Shown here one piece after another: positions 62,213 to 64,000 of a stretch of DNA of 64,000 nucleotides; position 1 is the stretch's first letter, and each line of letters opens with the position of its first letter. The stretch lies in the NCBI GenBank assembly GCA_030390025.1, contig CM059432.1, positions 15,254,001-15,318,000 of the forward strand, in the 5' to 3' direction. The translations under genes and the position numbers were made by a program. The notes beneath the pieces were generated by a model. That model made no database searches, was not told where the DNA came from, and worked only from the letters and a program-made list of their open reading frames with translations. Origin of the DNA: Squalus acanthias. Its lineage: Eukaryota.

Positions 62213-62972
62213 GGGCCAGAAATTCGGCTCCCTGGCTTCCCGCGGGTGCAAGGATTGCGCGCGCACCTACCTACCGCGCCTGCCGTTGACCCCTGGGCCC
62301 ACGAGCAATTCGGGTCCTGGGCCTCCTCCAACTGCTGGCGCGCAGGGCTTGCGTATCCCAGGGGCGTAGTTAGTGTGATGTGTCCCCTGGGATCACGTGG
62401 GCCATGGAGAGCCAATGGCAGCAGACCATCTTTCATTCATAGATTTGACAGGACCTGTCAAATCTATGAATACAGATCGGCCCCAAACATCCCTAAAACT
62501 ACAAATAATTTTTTTTTTTAATCACATTTTTAAAATAACTATAAATTACATTAATTAACCATTTTAAACAAAAATTTAAATTTTTGAAACAATTAATTAC
62601 ACTTTTTAACGGGGTTAAAACTAAACTTACCTTTCTTTAAAGTAATTAAAAAAGATAAATCTGTGAAAAAAATGTTTAAATTTTTATAAAATCAACACTT
62701 ACCTTGTTAAAAGAAGGCCTTGCACCTCCTTTTTCAATGTGCATCTTCTCCGTGCTTGCCCTCACGGAGGAACCTGTAAAAAAACCCGAAGTGCGAGGCG
62801 AACGCGCTGGCCCTCCGGCGTGCGCGTTCGACCTCTGAACCCCTTCCTTCAGGGGAACGGAAGTGTCGGTTTCCCGCGCATGCGCAGTGCATGCAAGAAA
62901 CCGGCACTTTCGTTCCGTCCACGGGTGAGTACATAGTGCGTACTCACCCGTGGCGAGCCTAATTTCTGCCCC
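62213..62972 (-). mobile_element. PIF/Harbinger-like MITE (copy 2 of a pair)
   Basis: TIR GGGCCAGAAATT/AATTTCTGCCCC; perfect TSD ATT; reverse complement of 13014-13777. Confidence 0.92.
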
Positions 62973-63388
62973 ATTATGTTTAAATTGTAGATAGTAATTT
63001 TGGGTGTGGAGATATTTTGTGCTTTATTCCCCCACCACCTGCCACCCCACCTCCGCTCCAGTTTGCTTGACTCTTCTTCAGAAGGCACTGATCTTGCTGG
63101 AGGTACCGAACTATGGCACCATCTACCCTTTGGCACCTCATCCGGCAAGCCATCCTTCTACACGAGCCCAGACTGTGGGTATAAGTCGATTATTTGACCA
63201 CTCAGGGTATCATAGCCAAACCAAATCTTATTGTCCACATACATAAACTTTCCAAGCAAGGGTCACTGGATAGCAACTGGGGAAAGAACCCTGGCCGATT
63301 TTTTTTCTTCCGTTGCCCAAGATCACTTCGGTCAATAATAAATAGTAACCTTGCCACCCGAGTTGAGGTGAGCTAACTCGGCACAGCC

Positions 63389-63670
63389 TCGGGATGCCAA
63401 TCCTCCAGCATTGCCCTGGAGTCTTCAGGAATTAAAGATGAATCTTCTGGACGCTGTTGCGAGCAAACCCCGGGAGAAAAATCATAGGAGCATTAAAAAA
63501 AATGGTGTTTTTAAAAAAAAAATTATTTGAACACTTTTATTTATTAGTTATAAAAGTATTGGTGATGGGGCGGCGGGGGGAAAGGCAGTTTGACTGGGGA
63601 GGGCGATTGGAGGTCGGAGGTCACGTGATGAAACCTCCATGAATGCATCCAACCAGAGCTGGCAACCCTA
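63389..63670. mobile_element. hAT-like MITE inserted in an old SINE-like repeat
   Basis: TCGGGATGCCAA/CTGGCAACCCTA termini; 8-bp TSD GCACAGCC/GCACAGCT. Confidence 0.82.
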
Positions 63671-64000
63671 GCACAGCTCGGACGTTCAACCTGAGACCTT
63701 CTCTAACACCTCACTTCCACACTTCCGAACTGCTTCCAAACTTAAGCAGTAGGGCAGGTGCAGATTTTGTATTTTTACATTAAATCTCAGATGTGAGCTT
63801 AAACACATACACATTCGAGCTCGGCGCAGCAAATTAGATTGCAGACCTGGCAAGGAGGTTCAATGTAAAGCACACGGAAAGTCAAATAAGAAGGTCAAAT
63901 AACAACACAGGAAGAAAAGAACATTTTCCAACCGAACTTCACAGCGGCAAGAATCATATCCACCAGCATCGTGCTCCAATAAATAGGGGTCTTATCGTTT

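Overview
Eukaryotic, transposon-saturated, apparently non-coding window. The repeat families (CR1-type LINEs, Deu-domain SacSINE1-like tRNA SINEs, L2, Penelope-like elements) point to a cartilaginous fish; this is inferred from family recognition, not a search. I find no convincing host protein-coding gene. The recognisable ORFs in the track are retroelement fragments or their antisense frames. Contents: many CR1 3' ends plus one near full-length internally deleted CR1; a second CR1-group LINE family whose longest copy starts with a tRNA(Thr)-like head and lacks ORF1, with a short 5'UTR+tail derivative; about 8 DeuSINE copies; about a dozen GC-rich PIF/Harbinger-like MITEs; hAT MITEs; two solo LTRs with 4-bp TSDs; L2/RTE fragments; and four Penelope-like (PLE) insertions, three carrying hammerhead-type motifs (one degenerate). 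The most striking signals are (i) a 993-bp palindrome with no mismatch seen, made of a PLE 3' end folded back on itself and flanked by a TSD, (ii) a second, different PLE whose truncated 5' end also terminates in a fold-back hairpin at a putative native 3-bp micro-hairpin, suggesting a shared cDNA self-priming mechanism, and (iii) the tRNA-headed single-ORF LINE and its SINE-like derivative. Boundaries of old repeats are approximate.
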